A stretch of 64,000 nt of DNA. Origin: Thermovirgaceae bacterium (GTDB taxonomy: Bacteria > Synergistota > Synergistia > Synergistales > Thermovirgaceae). The DNA is taken from contig JAUSOU010000086.1 of assembly GCA_030656095.1 (NCBI GenBank), forward strand, positions 3,488-67,487, written 5' to 3'. A program made the translations under genes and the position numbers. Under the pieces are notes generated by a model that ran no database searches, was not told the origin of the DNA, and saw only the letters and a list, made by a program, of their open reading frames with translations. Numbering within the stretch: position 1 is the stretch's first letter; each line of letters opens with the position of its first letter. Below, in pieces: positions 18,394 to 28,772 of the stretch.

Positions 18394-19078
18394 CGGACAG
18401 GATCACTCCTCAAACAAAGATCTCATCGGCATCCGTGGCGGCAGCGGCTTGATAGACGCTGCCGCACTTGTTCTTGCCGGCGGGCGCGGGAAACGGGCAG
18501 GGGGAAGCAAGATCTTTCTGTCGATCGACGGATCTTTTCTGCTCGAAAGCGTTCTTGGAAGAATGATGCCGCTTTTCAGGCAGGTGCTGGTCTCCTGCAA
18601 AGAAGAGGATTCCACCCCCTTCAGGAAGATTTTCGGACACCTTACAGGCGGCTCCGATGTCAGGCTCGTCCCTGACAGGGCGGAGGGAGTGGGGCCTCTG
18701 GAAGGAATATCCGTTGGTCTTCGTTCATCTGATCATCCGTGGGTATTCGTAGTGGGCTGTGATATGCCAATGATTCAGGAATCGCTCGTCAGGTTCATGT
18801 GGTCAAAGAGGAGTGATGACGCAGATGCCGTCATCGCTATGCTCGGGGGCTTTGTCGAGCCCCTTCACGCCTTCTACCACCGAAGATGTGCATACGCGGT
18901 GGAAAGAGCCATTTCGCGCTCGGAACACAGGATATCCTCATTTCTTTCCGAAGTAGCCCTCCTGACAGTCGAGGAAAATGACATGGCGCACATACCCGGA
19001 TACAGGCGTTCCTTCCTTAATGTCAACACTCCCGTCGACATGAGAAGATGGCAGGAAGGCATCTCAAGCAGGCCATGA
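18377..19078 (+). CDS. mobA: Molybdenum cofactor guanylyltransferase (MobA-like)
   Basis: LVLAGGRGKRAGG..DRAEGVGPLEGI..VVGCDMP..FLNVNTPVD. The start is uncertain: TTG at 18377 or TTG at 18449. Confidence 0.8.
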   Translation: MRISASGQDHSSNKDLIGIRGGSGLIDAAALVLAGGRGKRAGGSKIFLSIDGSFLLESVLGRMMPLFRQVLVSCKEEDSTPFRKIFGHLTGGSDVRLVPDRAEGVGPLEGISVGLRSSDHPWVFVVGCDMPMIQESLVRFMWSKRSDDADAVIAMLGGFVEPLHAFYHRRCAYAVERAISRSEHRISSFLSEVALLTVEENDMAHIPGYRRSFLNVNTPVDMRRWQEGISSRP

Positions 19079-19119
19079 ACTTCAATAATTTCCAAGTATC
19101 TGCAATTTTCACACTTTCA

Positions 19120-19148
19120 ATGACAATTTTCCCCCTCCTGGTTAAAAT
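19120..19148 (+). promoter_or_regulatory. Candidate lepA promoter (ATGACA-17-TAAAAT)
   Basis: Hexamers at 19120-19125 and 19143-19148. Confidence 0.35.
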
Positions 19149-19180
19149 ATGTGGCGTTTCTTCAGACGAGGTGTTTGCCG

Positions 19181-20998
19181 ATGACCGTACCTTTGGAACG
19201 TATCAGAAATTTTTGCATCATCGCTCACGTAGACCACGGGAAATCGACGCTGGCGGACCGCCTGCTTGAGGCCACATCCACGGTCAGTGCCCGGGACATG
19301 CGCGACCAGGTCCTTGATACCCTTGAACTGGAGCGGGAGAGGGGCATCACAATAAAACTTGTGCCTGTCCAGATGAAATACAGGAGCAGGGACGGTCTGG
19401 ATTACATTCTGAATCTTATCGATACACCTGGTCACGTCGACTTCACTTACGAGGTTTCGAGATCCCTGGCAGCCTGCGAGGGAGCTCTCCTTGTCGTGGA
19501 TGCCGCGCAGGGGGTGGAGGCCCAGACCGTGGCCAACGCCTATCTTGCGGCCGATCAGGGGCTGGATATTGTGCCCGTGATCAACAAGATAGACCTCCCC
19601 TCGGCTCAGCCGGAGCAGGCTGCCAGGGAGCTGGAGGAAGTCGTAGGAGTGGACGCTTCGCATGCGATCCTTGCAAGCGCGAAGGAGGGAAAGGGGATCG
19701 AGAATATACTCGAGGCTGTGATCGAGAGGATATCTCCGCCGAAGGGTGACCCTGGCCTTCCCCTGCAGGCTCTTATCTTCGACTCCAAATACAACAATTT
19801 CCGCGGCGTTATCTGCTCGATAAGAGTGACCAACGGGATTATCAGAACAGGCGACATGATAACCTTCATGGTGACACAGAAGAGCTTCCAGGTTGAGGAA
19901 ATAGGGGTGTTCTGCCCCGAGATGCGCCCTATCGGGGAGCTTGGTCCCGGAGAGGTCGGCTACCTGATCGCCAACGTCAAAACGGTTGAAGAGGCCCGGG
20001 TGGGAGACACCGTAACCTCACAGAGAGCCCCGGCCAAATCTCCGCTTCCGGGATACCGCCAGGTCAAACCAGTCGTTTTTTGCGGTTTTTACCCGATAGA
20101 GAGGGACGAGTACCCCCAGCTCAGGGATGCCCTGGAAAAACTGCAGATGAACGATTCCGCGATCTTCTTCGAGCCCGAGACCTCCACGGCCCTTGGTTTC
20201 GGGTTCCGTTGCGGTTTCCTCGGGCTGCTCCACATGGAGATCGCCAGAGAAAGGCTCAACAGGGAGTTCGGAGTAGACCTCGTCTCTACCGCGCCGAACG
20301 TCGTATATCAGGTGATCGATACCAAAGGATCCATTCTGGAGGCCCATCGCCCCTCCGATTTTCCCGAGGTGAATTTTATTCAAGAGGTAAGGGAACCGTT
20401 CATAAAGATAACCGCTTTCGTGCCCTCGGAGTACGTCGGGAAAATCATGCAGCTCTGCCAGGACCGGAGAGGCGTCTTCATCGGAATGGATTACATAACG
20501 CCGCTGAGAGCAAGGCTCATTTATGAACTGCCGCTGGCGGAGTTCATCATCGATTTTCACGACCGGCTTAAATCGGCTACCAGGGGATTCGCCTCCATCG
20601 ACTACGAACACGCCGGATTCAGGCCTTCGGCACTGGTCAAGGTTGACATTTTCATAGGCGGTGAAGTGGTTGACGCATTCTGCTTTGTCTGCCACGCGGA
20701 CCGCGCCTTCCATCGCGGCCAGGAGGTGGTGAGAAAACTCAAGGAGCTGATCCCCCGGCAGATGTTCGAGGTTTCCCTTCAGGCGGCGATAGGCAAGAGA
20801 GTCATCGTCCGGCAGAACGTGAAACCCCTGAGGAAGGATGTTCTTGCGAAGTGCTACGGTGGAGACATCACCAGGAAACGGAAACTTCTTGAGAAACAGA
20901 AAGAGGGGAAAAAAAGGATGAAACAGATAGGCAAGATCTCCCTCCCACAGGATGCCTTTCTTGCATTTCTCAAGGCCGGCGATGAGGAAGAAGAGTAG
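19181..20998 (+). CDS. lepA: Translation elongation factor 4
   Basis: [34 protein letters not shown]. Start taken at the ATG at 19181. Confidence 0.95.
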   Translation: MTVPLERIRNFCIIAHVDHGKSTLADRLLEATSTVSARDMRDQVLDTLELERERGITIKLVPVQMKYRSRDGLDYILNLIDTPGHVDFTYEVSRSLAACEGALLVVDAAQGVEAQTVANAYLAADQGLDIVPVINKIDLPSAQPEQAARELEEVVGVDASHAILASAKEGKGIENILEAVIERISPPKGDPGLPLQALIFDSKYNNFRGVICSIRVTNGIIRTGDMITFMVTQKSFQVEEIGVFCPEMRPIGELGPGEVGYLIANVKTVEEARVGDTVTSQRAPAKSPLPGYRQVKPVVFCGFYPIERDEYPQLRDALEKLQMNDSAIFFEPETSTALGFGFRCGFLGLLHMEIARERLNREFGVDLVSTAPNVVYQVIDTKGSILEAHRPSDFPEVNFIQEVREPFIKITAFVPSEYVGKIMQLCQDRRGVFIGMDYITPLRARLIYELPLAEFIIDFHDRLKSATRGFASIDYEHAGFRPSALVKVDIFIGGEVVDAFCFVCHADRAFHRGQEVVRKLKELIPRQMFEVSLQAAIGKRVIVRQNVKPLRKDVLAKCYGGDITRKRKLLEKQKEGKKRMKQIGKISLPQDAFLAFLKAGDEEEE

Positions 20999-22118
20999 AG
21001 GAGAGCATTCTGCATCACTCTACGTTCATATCCCTTTCTGTTCCGGCAAGTGTCCATATTGCGCTTTTTACAGCGTAAGACCCGGGAAGGAGGATGTTTC
21101 CAGGTATCTGGCATCCCTCGACCTTGAGATATCGATGCTTGGCAGATCATACGGCACCCTGCCGGAGATACGTACCGCCTTCATCGGTGGGGGAACCCCC
21201 ACTGTACTTGACCCCGTGCAATGGAGAAACCTGCTATCCCTCCTCGAAAGCCGCTTCCGCTTCCTTCACGGGGCTGAAGTGACGGTAGAGGCCAACCCCA
21301 ACTCCATTCGGCAGGAACATCTGGATATCTGGAGAAAATGGCGGGTAACAAGGGTCAGCGTCGGTGTCCAGAGCCTGAACGACGGTGATCTGAGGGCGCT
21401 GGGGCGCCCCCATGACTCCAGGCAGTCCCTCGAGGCCATGTCGGCGGTCAGAAATTCCGGTTTTTCCCTCTCGGCGGATCTTCTTTTCGGACTTCCCCTC
21501 CAGGACCTCAGGATCTGGAGCAGATCGCTGGAGGGAGTTTTGAGCGCGGGCGCCGAACACGTCTCCATCTACCAGCTAACACTTGAAAAGGGCACGCCTT
21601 GGGGAGACTTTCCGCCTGAGGGGCTTGCCGAAGGGTATTCCTTCTACAGGTGGGCGCAGTATTTTCTTGAGAGAAGGGGTTTAAGGCAGTACGAGGTGGC
21701 CAGTTTCGCGAAGCCGGGCAAGTGGTGCAGGCACAACGTCTCATACTGGCAGCATCGGGATGTCATAGGACTGGGCCCTTCCGCCTGGGGGTATCTGAAC
21801 GGGGTTCGCACCAGAAACGCCTCAAATCTGGATGAATATGTTTCCTTTATCGGTAAGGGCGATAGCCCGGTCTGTTTTTCGGAGAGCCTGAAAGGAAAAG
21901 ACCTGGCTTCGGAGGCCGCAATACTGGCACTGAGAACCCGCTGGGGCATCAGGTTCGAAAGGTACCGAAAGAGGTTCGGAGAAGAAGCCCTGAGGGGCCT
22001 GCTTGAAGAACTGGATGGATTGCCCCCGCGCCTTTTTAGACGGAACGGTGTTTCGGTGGCCCTGAGCAGAGAGGGGATGCGAGTCGGGAACGCGATCTGG
22101 GAGCGCCTTCTCCCCTGA
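20982..22118 (+). CDS. hemW: Radical SAM heme chaperone HemW (HemN-like, coproporphyrinogen oxidase family)
   Basis: [18 protein letters not shown] carries the CxxxCxxC motif. lepA-hemW is a classic gene pairing. Confidence 0.88.
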   Translation: MRKKSRGEHSASLYVHIPFCSGKCPYCAFYSVRPGKEDVSRYLASLDLEISMLGRSYGTLPEIRTAFIGGGTPTVLDPVQWRNLLSLLESRFRFLHGAEVTVEANPNSIRQEHLDIWRKWRVTRVSVGVQSLNDGDLRALGRPHDSRQSLEAMSAVRNSGFSLSADLLFGLPLQDLRIWSRSLEGVLSAGAEHVSIYQLTLEKGTPWGDFPPEGLAEGYSFYRWAQYFLERRGLRQYEVASFAKPGKWCRHNVSYWQHRDVIGLGPSAWGYLNGVRTRNASNLDEYVSFIGKGDSPVCFSESLKGKDLASEAAILALRTRWGIRFERYRKRFGEEALRGLLEELDGLPPRLFRRNGVSVALSREGMRVGNAIWERLLP

Positions 22119-22129
22119 GAGTTCACGGA

Positions 22130-22723
22130 TCAGCCAAGGACAATTGTTTTTGAGTGTTCCATCATCAATTCGGTTATCTCGAACATGTTGGAGATCGTTC
22201 CCACCGATATGGATCCCGTGATCCCGAAATGCTTCGCGCAAGTACCGCAGACAAGTACCCTGCACCCTTTTTTCTCGAGCTCTCCGAGACTCTCGGAGGC
22301 GGATGAATCCGGAAGCGCCAGTTTAACCCCTTCATTAATCAAGGCTATCGCTGCCGGAGGAGAGGCCCGCTCGACGAGCGTTCCCAGAAATCCCTTCATA
22401 AGGACCTCGCCCAGTTCAAAGTCGGATCGACCCAGAACTGATGAGCATATAACAATGGCGACGTCTTCGGCTCCGGCTCCATTTGAGGATGCGGTCAACT
22501 CCTTGAAGGGTTTGTCTCCCTCGGAACAGAAAATCGTGGCACTCTCCCCGTCCTCAATGACCGAAACCGAGATGTTGCGGCTTTCCAGAAAGCGTTTGAC
22601 GTTAAGCAAAGGGACTCCCCGATCGACCATGATCTCCAGTGGCAGTCCATCCTTTTCCAGTGCATTTTTTGCCATCAGAACCGGTTTCGGGCATGGTTCC
22701 TTCCTCGAGTCGATCCTGTTCAT
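22130..22723 (-). CDS. yedF: Sulfurtransferase-like selenium metabolism protein YedF
   Basis: An N-terminal TusA/SirA-like CPxP motif (EPCPKPVLMAK) plus a C-terminal DsrE-like half ending in VCGTCAKHFG. Confidence 0.8.
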   Translation of the reverse strand: MNRIDSRKEPCPKPVLMAKNALEKDGLPLEIMVDRGVPLLNVKRFLESRNISVSVIEDGESATIFCSEGDKPFKELTASSNGAGAEDVAIVICSSVLGRSDFELGEVLMKGFLGTLVERASPPAAIALINEGVKLALPDSSASESLGELEKKGCRVLVCGTCAKHFGITGSISVGTISNMFEITELMMEHSKTIVLG

Positions 22724-22878
22724 CGGCTGGCCTCCCTGAAAAGAGTATCAATTTACATGCTCAAACAGCCACTATAATAACATCACGGCATGTCCGCCGG
22801 ATGGCCCTGTTGGGGTTTTCCTTTTCATGGGCTAAACTGAAAATGTTCACTCATAAATGGTATCAGGAAGGTGAGATT

Positions 22879-24273
22879 ATGCGAGAGGCGATCAGGGATC
22901 TGCTTCGGGACCTCCCATCAATGGACGAACTGCTCCAGCGGCCCTGGACACTGGAGTTTCAGTCAATATTGGGAAGGGATGCCGTCAAGTCGATTTTTGC
23001 CGACGTGATCGGGGAGTTGCGAAATGAGATAATCCAGGGGAGGTCTTCCTCCATTGAGATCGAAAACCTCGAAACGGTAGTTCTGGGCAGGCTCGGCCAT
23101 TACGCCCGGAAAAGCCTCCGCAGGGTCATAAACGCTACCGGGGTTGTCGTACATACCAACCTGGGGAGATCCTGTCTCAGCGAAAGCGCCGTGCAAAACG
23201 TGGCCGAAATAGCCGGACGCTACAGCAATCTCGAGTACGATCTTGATGAGGGCGGGAGAGGGCACAGGAATGCCCATGTCGAATGGCTTCTTTCGATTCT
23301 GACCGGAGCAGACGCGGCCCTCGCGGTAAACAACAATGCCGGCGCGGTCCTTCTCTGTCTTGCCGCACTGGGCAAGGGGATGGAGGTAATCGTATCCAGG
23401 GGAGAACTTGTCGAGATCGGAGGGTCATTCAGGATCCCAGACATCATGGATTTTTCAGGTGCGGTTATGAAAGAGGTCGGGACCACCAACCGCACTCACA
23501 TAGAGGATTACGAGAGGGCCATTACTCCCCGGACCAGAATGCTTCTTAAGGTCCACCCTTCAAACTACCGGGTGGTCGGCTTTCACTCCGCGCCATCCAG
23601 GGAGGAGCTGGCCAGGCTCGTCCGGGAAAAGGATCTTGTCCTCATGGAGGATCTGGGCAGCGGGGTGATCGCCGATCTTTCCGTTTTTGGCCTTTCCGGT
23701 GAACCCACGGTAAAAAATTGCATCGAAGCGGGAGTGGATCTTGTCACTTTCTCCGGCGACAAGCTTCTTGGAGGTCCGCAATTAGGGGCAGTTGTCGGAA
23801 GGAAGCAACTGATCGCGAAACTGAGGGAATTTCCGCTTCTAAGGGCGCTTCGCGTAGACAAGATGACTCTGGCAGCCTTTGAGACGACCATGAGGCTCTA
23901 CCTCGAAGGGAGAGCGGATGAGATACCGACGCTCAGGATGCTCATGTTCTCCCCGGACGACCTTCTCAAGAGGGCAAAGTCCCTCGCCAGGAAGATCCGG
24001 AAGGAAAGCGGCGGAGATGTTTCGGTTATTGAAACACCCGATGCTGTCGGTGGCGGCGCTTTCCCCGCAACCGACCTGCCGGGCTACGGCGTTGTCCTGA
24101 CTCTTCCGTCCCGCATTTCCGACGGAACAGCGTTGAAAAGTCTTCGCGGCGGCCCTGTCCCGATAGTCGCTTCCGCAAGGGCGGGTGCTGTGATATTCCA
24201 CACAAGAACCCTTCTCGACGGTGACGACATCATTATCGCCAGGGGAGTCAGAGCACTGCTTGAGGGGGAGTGA
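22879..24273 (+). CDS. selA: L-seryl-tRNA(Sec) selenium transferase
   Basis: INATGVVVHTNLGRS..FSGDKLLGGPQ carries the PLP lysine context. Start at the ATG at 22879, because the track's extension would overlap yedF. Confidence 0.92.
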   Translation: MREAIRDLLRDLPSMDELLQRPWTLEFQSILGRDAVKSIFADVIGELRNEIIQGRSSSIEIENLETVVLGRLGHYARKSLRRVINATGVVVHTNLGRSCLSESAVQNVAEIAGRYSNLEYDLDEGGRGHRNAHVEWLLSILTGADAALAVNNNAGAVLLCLAALGKGMEVIVSRGELVEIGGSFRIPDIMDFSGAVMKEVGTTNRTHIEDYERAITPRTRMLLKVHPSNYRVVGFHSAPSREELARLVREKDLVLMEDLGSGVIADLSVFGLSGEPTVKNCIEAGVDLVTFSGDKLLGGPQLGAVVGRKQLIAKLREFPLLRALRVDKMTLAAFETTMRLYLEGRADEIPTLRMLMFSPDDLLKRAKSLARKIRKESGGDVSVIETPDAVGGGAFPATDLPGYGVVLTLPSRISDGTALKSLRGGPVPIVASARAGAVIFHTRTLLDGDDIIIARGVRALLEGE

Positions 24274-24277
24274 ACTT

Positions 24278-26197
24278 ATGCCGCAATGCCTTGAGATACC
24301 GATAGTCCTTGGGACGGCAGGCCATATCGACCACGGAAAAACCACCCTTGTAAGGGTATTGACCGGAGTTGACTGTGACAGGCTGGGGGATGAAAAGCGC
24401 CGCGGAATTACCATAGAGCTCGGTTTTGCTCCGCTTTCCCTTCCCAGCGGCCGGGTAGTCAGCATTGTCGACGTTCCAGGGCACGAACGCTTCATCCGAC
24501 ATATGGTAGCCGGAGCGGCCGGGATAGACGGAGTGTTGTTCGTGATCTCTGCTGACGAGGGGGTCAGGGCCCAGACCCGAGAGCACCTGGATATCCTTGG
24601 TCTCATCGGAGTCAGGCATGGTCTGATAGCGCTCACCAAATCAGACCTCGTGGAAAAGGACTACCTGGAACTGGTCGTTGAGGAAGTGCGCGACGAGATC
24701 AGGGGAACATTTATCGAGGGTGCCGAGATCATCCCTGTTTCATCAAGTACAGGCTTCAACCTTGGAGGGCTTTTATCAGCCATTGATCGTCTTGTGGACG
24801 GCATACCATTCAGGGATTCGGAGGGACCGTTCTTTATGCCAGTAGACAGAGTTTTTCCGGTGAAGGGTTTCGGGTCCGTGGTCACCGGAACAGCCTATCG
24901 CGGAAAGGTCAGAAAGGATGACACCCTTGTCCTTCTTCCCAGAGGGCTGAAAGCCGACATCAGGTCGGTCCAGATCCACGATACTCCTGTCAATGAGGGA
25001 AGAAGCGGTCAAAGGATTGCCCTGAGCCTTGGCGGGGTGTCTCTCTCCGAAATAGAGAGGGGAGAGGTTCTTTGCACTCCGGGAGTTTTCACGCCGACTG
25101 TCAGAATGGATATCAGACTGTCTATCCTTCCCGCATCGCCTGATCCGGTAGTTCACTGGCAGAGAGTGAGGATCCATATCGGTACAGCCGATGTCGTGGG
25201 CCGGGTCGCACTGCTCGACAGGGAGAAAGCCAACCCCGGAGAGGATGTCTTTGCCCAGATCGTGACCGAAGAGCCGGTTGTGGCCGTTAGGGGAGAACCT
25301 TTCATAATACGCTTCTACAGCCCCTTGATGACTATCGGAGGCGGAAGTGTCCTCATGCCCTTCGCCAAAAGGCCGCGTGGACACAAGGGAAGGATCGCGC
25401 ACTGGAATTTCCTGGAGAAGATATCAAGGGCCGGAAGTTCAAAGGAGCGCTTTTCTGTGCTCTCCTCACACCTCCCCGTGCTTCCCGTCAAAGAGGCGGT
25501 AATGATCCTCCAGGAACTCCCCGACACCGTCAACTCCCTGGCTGCCGATGCCGACGGTTCCGGATTGGCCGTCTTTCTTGATTCGGGGGAAGGTCTTGTC
25601 GTTGCATCATCTCTTCTCGACCGCAAACGGGAAGAGATCTCCAGTCTCCTTGCCGGGCTTCACGAGGAGGAACCGGAGAATCCCGGAATGCCCGCTGATA
25701 TTCTGTGCAGGAAGATATTTCCGGAAATCGAAGGAAGGAACGCGAAAAAAATCCTGGAACGATGGGTCGAAAAAGGCTTGATTATAATTGAGGACCAGAG
25801 AGTCCGGCTCACCGGCTTTGTCCCCACTGACGCATCGAAAGTCAGCGCTTCCGGGAGTGTCATCCTCGAGTTCTGCTCGCGAAGGCTCTTCCAGTTGCCG
25901 GCGATAGACGAAATTTCAGACGGAACCGGACTTTCCGGTGAAGCGACCGCCAGATCGGTCGATGCGCTCAGGGCAAAGGGACAGATGTTCCTGGCGGGCG
26001 GCGAGTTTCTGGTTTCCCGCGAGGTACTTGACAGGTTTATCGATCTCATCGGAAAGATCGAAGGCGATATAACGGTGGCAACAGCACGTGATACCACGGG
26101 AAGCAGCAGGAAGTTTGTCCTTCCCCTGTTGGAGATGCTCGACTCTATGGGGATCACCAGAAGGATTCAGGAAAAACGAATAATCAGAAAAAAATAA
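24278..26197 (+). CDS. selB: Selenocysteine-specific elongation factor
   Basis: VLGTAGHIDHGKTTLV..DVPGHERF is the GTPase domain, followed by long C-terminal winged-helix repeats. The gene starts 4 nt after selA. Confidence 0.92.
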   Translation: MPQCLEIPIVLGTAGHIDHGKTTLVRVLTGVDCDRLGDEKRRGITIELGFAPLSLPSGRVVSIVDVPGHERFIRHMVAGAAGIDGVLFVISADEGVRAQTREHLDILGLIGVRHGLIALTKSDLVEKDYLELVVEEVRDEIRGTFIEGAEIIPVSSSTGFNLGGLLSAIDRLVDGIPFRDSEGPFFMPVDRVFPVKGFGSVVTGTAYRGKVRKDDTLVLLPRGLKADIRSVQIHDTPVNEGRSGQRIALSLGGVSLSEIERGEVLCTPGVFTPTVRMDIRLSILPASPDPVVHWQRVRIHIGTADVVGRVALLDREKANPGEDVFAQIVTEEPVVAVRGEPFIIRFYSPLMTIGGGSVLMPFAKRPRGHKGRIAHWNFLEKISRAGSSKERFSVLSSHLPVLPVKEAVMILQELPDTVNSLAADADGSGLAVFLDSGEGLVVASSLLDRKREEISSLLAGLHEEEPENPGMPADILCRKIFPEIEGRNAKKILERWVEKGLIIIEDQRVRLTGFVPTDASKVSASGSVILEFCSRRLFQLPAIDEISDGTGLSGEATARSVDALRAKGQMFLAGGEFLVSREVLDRFIDLIGKIEGDITVATARDTTGSSRKFVLPLLEMLDSMGITRRIQEKRIIRKK

Positions 26198-26236
26198 AAT
26201 AATGTTCTGTTTTTTTAATCTTTCTGCCTCCGGCTA

Positions 26237-26265
26237 TTGAAATATCTCAAATTGTGTGGTAAAAT
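26237..26265 (+). promoter_or_regulatory. Candidate veg promoter (TTGAAA-17-TAAAAT with a TG extension)
   Basis: TTGAAA at 26237-26242, TG at 26257-26258, TAAAAT at 26260-26265. Confidence 0.5.
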
Positions 26266-26294
26266 GCTACAAACTAACTACAGGAGTGACACAT

Positions 26295-26546
26295 ATGAGT
26301 CCTAATCTTGCCATGATCCGCAATCTGGTGAATGAACAAAAGGGCTCCATGGTGCGCTACAAGGCTTTGAAAGGCCGCCGCAAGACGGAGGAGCGTTTGG
26401 GAGTAATAGTGGAGACATACCCCCATCTGTTTACCATGTACGTTGAGTCTCAACGGAGCACCGTCTCGTTCAGTTACGCGGAGCTTCTGACACGTGAAGT
26501 TGAAGTTGAAATACTTCCCGGTAACAAGAAGCTGATCCAGTTTTGA
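26295..26546 (+). CDS. veg: Veg family protein (DUF1021)
   Basis: KALKGRRKTEERLGVIVETYPHLF..VSFSYAELLT resembles B. subtilis Veg. The veg-ispE-purR order is also conserved. Confidence 0.85.
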   Translation: MSPNLAMIRNLVNEQKGSMVRYKALKGRRKTEERLGVIVETYPHLFTMYVESQRSTVSFSYAELLTREVEVEILPGNKKLIQF

Positions 26547-26562
26547 CACTGCCTTAGGTTGT

Positions 26563-26601
26563 GACACCCCGGTGCAGCCAGCACCGGGGTGTCCTTTTTT
26601 T
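26563..26601 (+). terminator. Rho-independent terminator after veg
   Basis: A perfect 13-bp stem, GACACCCCGGTGC (26563-26575) with GCACCGGGGTGTC (26581-26593), followed by T7 at 26595-26601. Confidence 0.8.
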
Positions 26602-26615
26602 GCGAGGTGATCCCT

Positions 26616-27485
26616 TTGGAATATGTTCTGCAGTGCCCTTCCAAGATCAATCTGACCCTGAGGATAACCGGAACCAGAAAAGACGGGATGCACAACATCG
26701 GGTCCCTGTTTTATAAACTCCCATCCGTCGAAAAGTTGACTTTCAGATACATTGGAACTGATAATGTAAGGAAAGATATCTTCAGGGTGCATGGACAGGT
26801 TCTTGACGGCAAAAACATCCTTGAAGCGGTTCTTGAGACCGCCAGGATACGTAAGCCTGAACTCCCGGCCCTGGAAATAGACCTTTGGAAAGAAATACCC
26901 CCCGGGAGCGGTCTGGGTAGCGGAAGCGGCAACGCCGCGGCACTTGCGAAGTGGCTTTTCCGCGAAGCCGGGGTGAGATTTTCCAGGGAAGAAATATCGG
27001 AGATGGGAGCGGATGTTCCGTTCCTTTTCGACGGAGATTCCCTTTCGTTTCGATCGGGTACTGGGGCTGATGCTGTTTCCGTTTTCCGGGAGCCTGCATG
27101 GAGACCAAAGGTGCTTGTTGTCATTCCGAGGTGGTCTTCCGTTACCCGCGACGCCTACAGGCTTGCCGATGAGGCCTTCGGCGATCCCGGGTGGGCGTGT
27201 TCGGCTGAAGAGGCATTCGAGGAAGGCCGCAGGATAGCAAAATCAATGGAAATCGGGGAAGAGATCGGGCTCCTTCCCAATGATTTCGTTCAGGTGCTGC
27301 TCAATGCCCACCCTGAATACGCGGAGCTGTTCAGGATCGCAGAGAAAAGCGGGGCTTTTGCCTGGGGAATAGGAGGCAGCGGAAGTTCATTCTTCTGCCT
27401 TTTCCGAGGAGGATTTCCCGCGGGAGTTGCAGGCGGTCTCTTCGCCAGAACCGGGATGGTCCTGAAAATTTTGGAGTTGGAGTGA
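26616..27485 (+). CDS. ispE: 4-diphosphocytidyl-2-C-methyl-D-erythritol kinase
   Basis: PSKINLTLRI..PPGSGLGSGSGNAAA is the GHMP kinase motif. TTG at 26616 lies 5 nt after GAGGTGA. The track start would fall inside the veg terminator. Confidence 0.88.
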   Translation: MEYVLQCPSKINLTLRITGTRKDGMHNIGSLFYKLPSVEKLTFRYIGTDNVRKDIFRVHGQVLDGKNILEAVLETARIRKPELPALEIDLWKEIPPGSGLGSGSGNAAALAKWLFREAGVRFSREEISEMGADVPFLFDGDSLSFRSGTGADAVSVFREPAWRPKVLVVIPRWSSVTRDAYRLADEAFGDPGWACSAEEAFEEGRRIAKSMEIGEEIGLLPNDFVQVLLNAHPEYAELFRIAEKSGAFAWGIGGSGSSFFCLFRGGFPAGVAGGLFARTGMVLKILELE

Positions 27486-27490
27486 AAACA

Positions 27491-28288
27491 ATGAAGAGCT
27501 CACGGACTGAAAGACTTATCAGAATGGCCTCCCGTTTCCTGATATCGCCCTCCAGGCAACTCTCCCTGACCGGGATGTCCGAGCAATTCGAGGTTTCCAA
27601 AACAGTGATCAGTGATGATGTGACCATAATCGATCAGGCCTTCAGGGAAGAGGGTCTGGGCGGGATCCACGTTGACCGGGGCCGGAGCGGAGGAGCTTTC
27701 CTCAGGCCGGAACTTTCCATACAGTACCGGAAATCATTCCTTGAATCGATCGCGAATATCCTTTCCACTGGCGACAGGATACTTCCGGGAATGCTGATCC
27801 ACTACTCGGACATTCTTTTCAATCCCAGATATGCCGGTCCGTTGGGGTATGCTCTTGCCTCGGACTTTTCCGGAAGAAACCCCGATGTTGTTATGACATC
27901 TGAAGTCAAGGGTATCCCGCTGGCCATATTTACAGCTCATGCCCTCGGTATTCCAATGGCCGTATGCCGTTTCAGGAACCGGCCGAGCGACGGACCCGCC
28001 GTGGCGGTCCATTACCCTTCCGGGAGCGGAGATGTAAGGACTATGTTCATGGGAACGAGATTTCTTTCGGCGGGAGAAAAAGTACTTGTGATAGATGATT
28101 TCATGAGGGGCGGAAGCACAGCGGCCGGCATGCTCCTCGTGGCAAAAGAATTCGGGGCGGAGGTTGTCGGGACAGGGATATTCATAGCAGCCTCAGAACC
28201 TGTCAAAAAGGCAGTCTCGGAATATTGCTCTCTTCTCAGGCTTGAAAGGGGAACCGATGGAGTCCCCATAGTAAAGGTGCAGCAGTAA
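27491..28288 (+). CDS. purR: Pur operon repressor (Firmicutes type, winged helix plus PRTase domain)
   Basis: Aligns by eye along the whole length of B. subtilis PurR (..SKTVISDDVTIIDQAF.., VMTSEVKGIPLA, VLVIDDFMRGGST). Confidence 0.88.
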   Translation: MKSSRTERLIRMASRFLISPSRQLSLTGMSEQFEVSKTVISDDVTIIDQAFREEGLGGIHVDRGRSGGAFLRPELSIQYRKSFLESIANILSTGDRILPGMLIHYSDILFNPRYAGPLGYALASDFSGRNPDVVMTSEVKGIPLAIFTAHALGIPMAVCRFRNRPSDGPAVAVHYPSGSGDVRTMFMGTRFLSAGEKVLVIDDFMRGGSTAAGMLLVAKEFGAEVVGTGIFIAASEPVKKAVSEYCSLLRLERGTDGVPIVKVQQ

Positions 28289-28292
28289 AGGC

Positions 28293-28340
28293 GTAACTCG
28301 TAACTCGTAACTCGAAACGCGTTACGAGTTACGGTTTTTG
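28293..28340 (+). terminator. Rho-independent terminator after purR, built on a GTAACTC x3 tandem repeat
   Basis: GTAACTCGTAAC (28300-28311, or alternatively 28293-28304) pairs with GTTACGAGTTAC (28321-28332). GGTTTTTG follows. Confidence 0.7.
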
Positions 28341-28344
28341 TTGT

Positions 28345-28585
<241 letters not shown>

Positions 28586-28636
28586 ATCTTACTGGTTTCT
28601 TCCCCTGATCCTCTGAACAACAGATATCCGATATTT

Positions 28637-28713
28637 GGGCCCATAGCTCAATTGGTCAGAGCCACCGGCTCATAACCGGAAGGTTCCTGGTTCGAGTCCA
28701 GGTGGGCCCACCA
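28637..28713 (+). tRNA. tRNA with a CAU anticodon (Met by sequence, possibly tRNA-Ile2 after lysidine modification), CCA encoded
   Basis: A cloverleaf can be drawn: acceptor GGGCCCA/TGGGCCC, anticodon loop CTCATAA, T-arm CCTGG-TTCGAGT-CCAGG. The C4 and C5 acceptor bases and the T-arm resemble ileX-type tRNAs. Confidence 0.85.
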
Positions 28714-28725
28714 CGAAATGAGAAT

Positions 28726-28755
28726 AAAGCCGCCTGGGGGTGGCTTTATTTTTTT
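28726..28755 (+). terminator. Rho-independent terminator after the tRNA
   Basis: AAAGCCGCC (28726-28734) pairs with GGTGGCTTT (28739-47) around a TGGG loop. ATTTTTTT follows. Confidence 0.7.
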
Positions 28756-28772
28756 ATGGAGGAAAAGACGGG

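Noticed and set aside
22724-22878. A tRNA-Sec (selC) next to selA/selB. I also checked 26198-26294.
   Set aside because: No sequence of about 90-100 nt with a UCA anticodon loop, a long variable arm and an 8-bp acceptor stem can be drawn in either spacer.
22639-22878. N-terminal extensions given by the ORF track: selA from 22639, selB from 24221, fabD from 55605, rnc from 58897, rluB from 31732, pyrK from 62687 and remA from 35981.
   Set aside because: The extensions overlap the preceding gene or the divergent yedF, and they precede an internal start that has a good RBS and a family-typical N-terminus.
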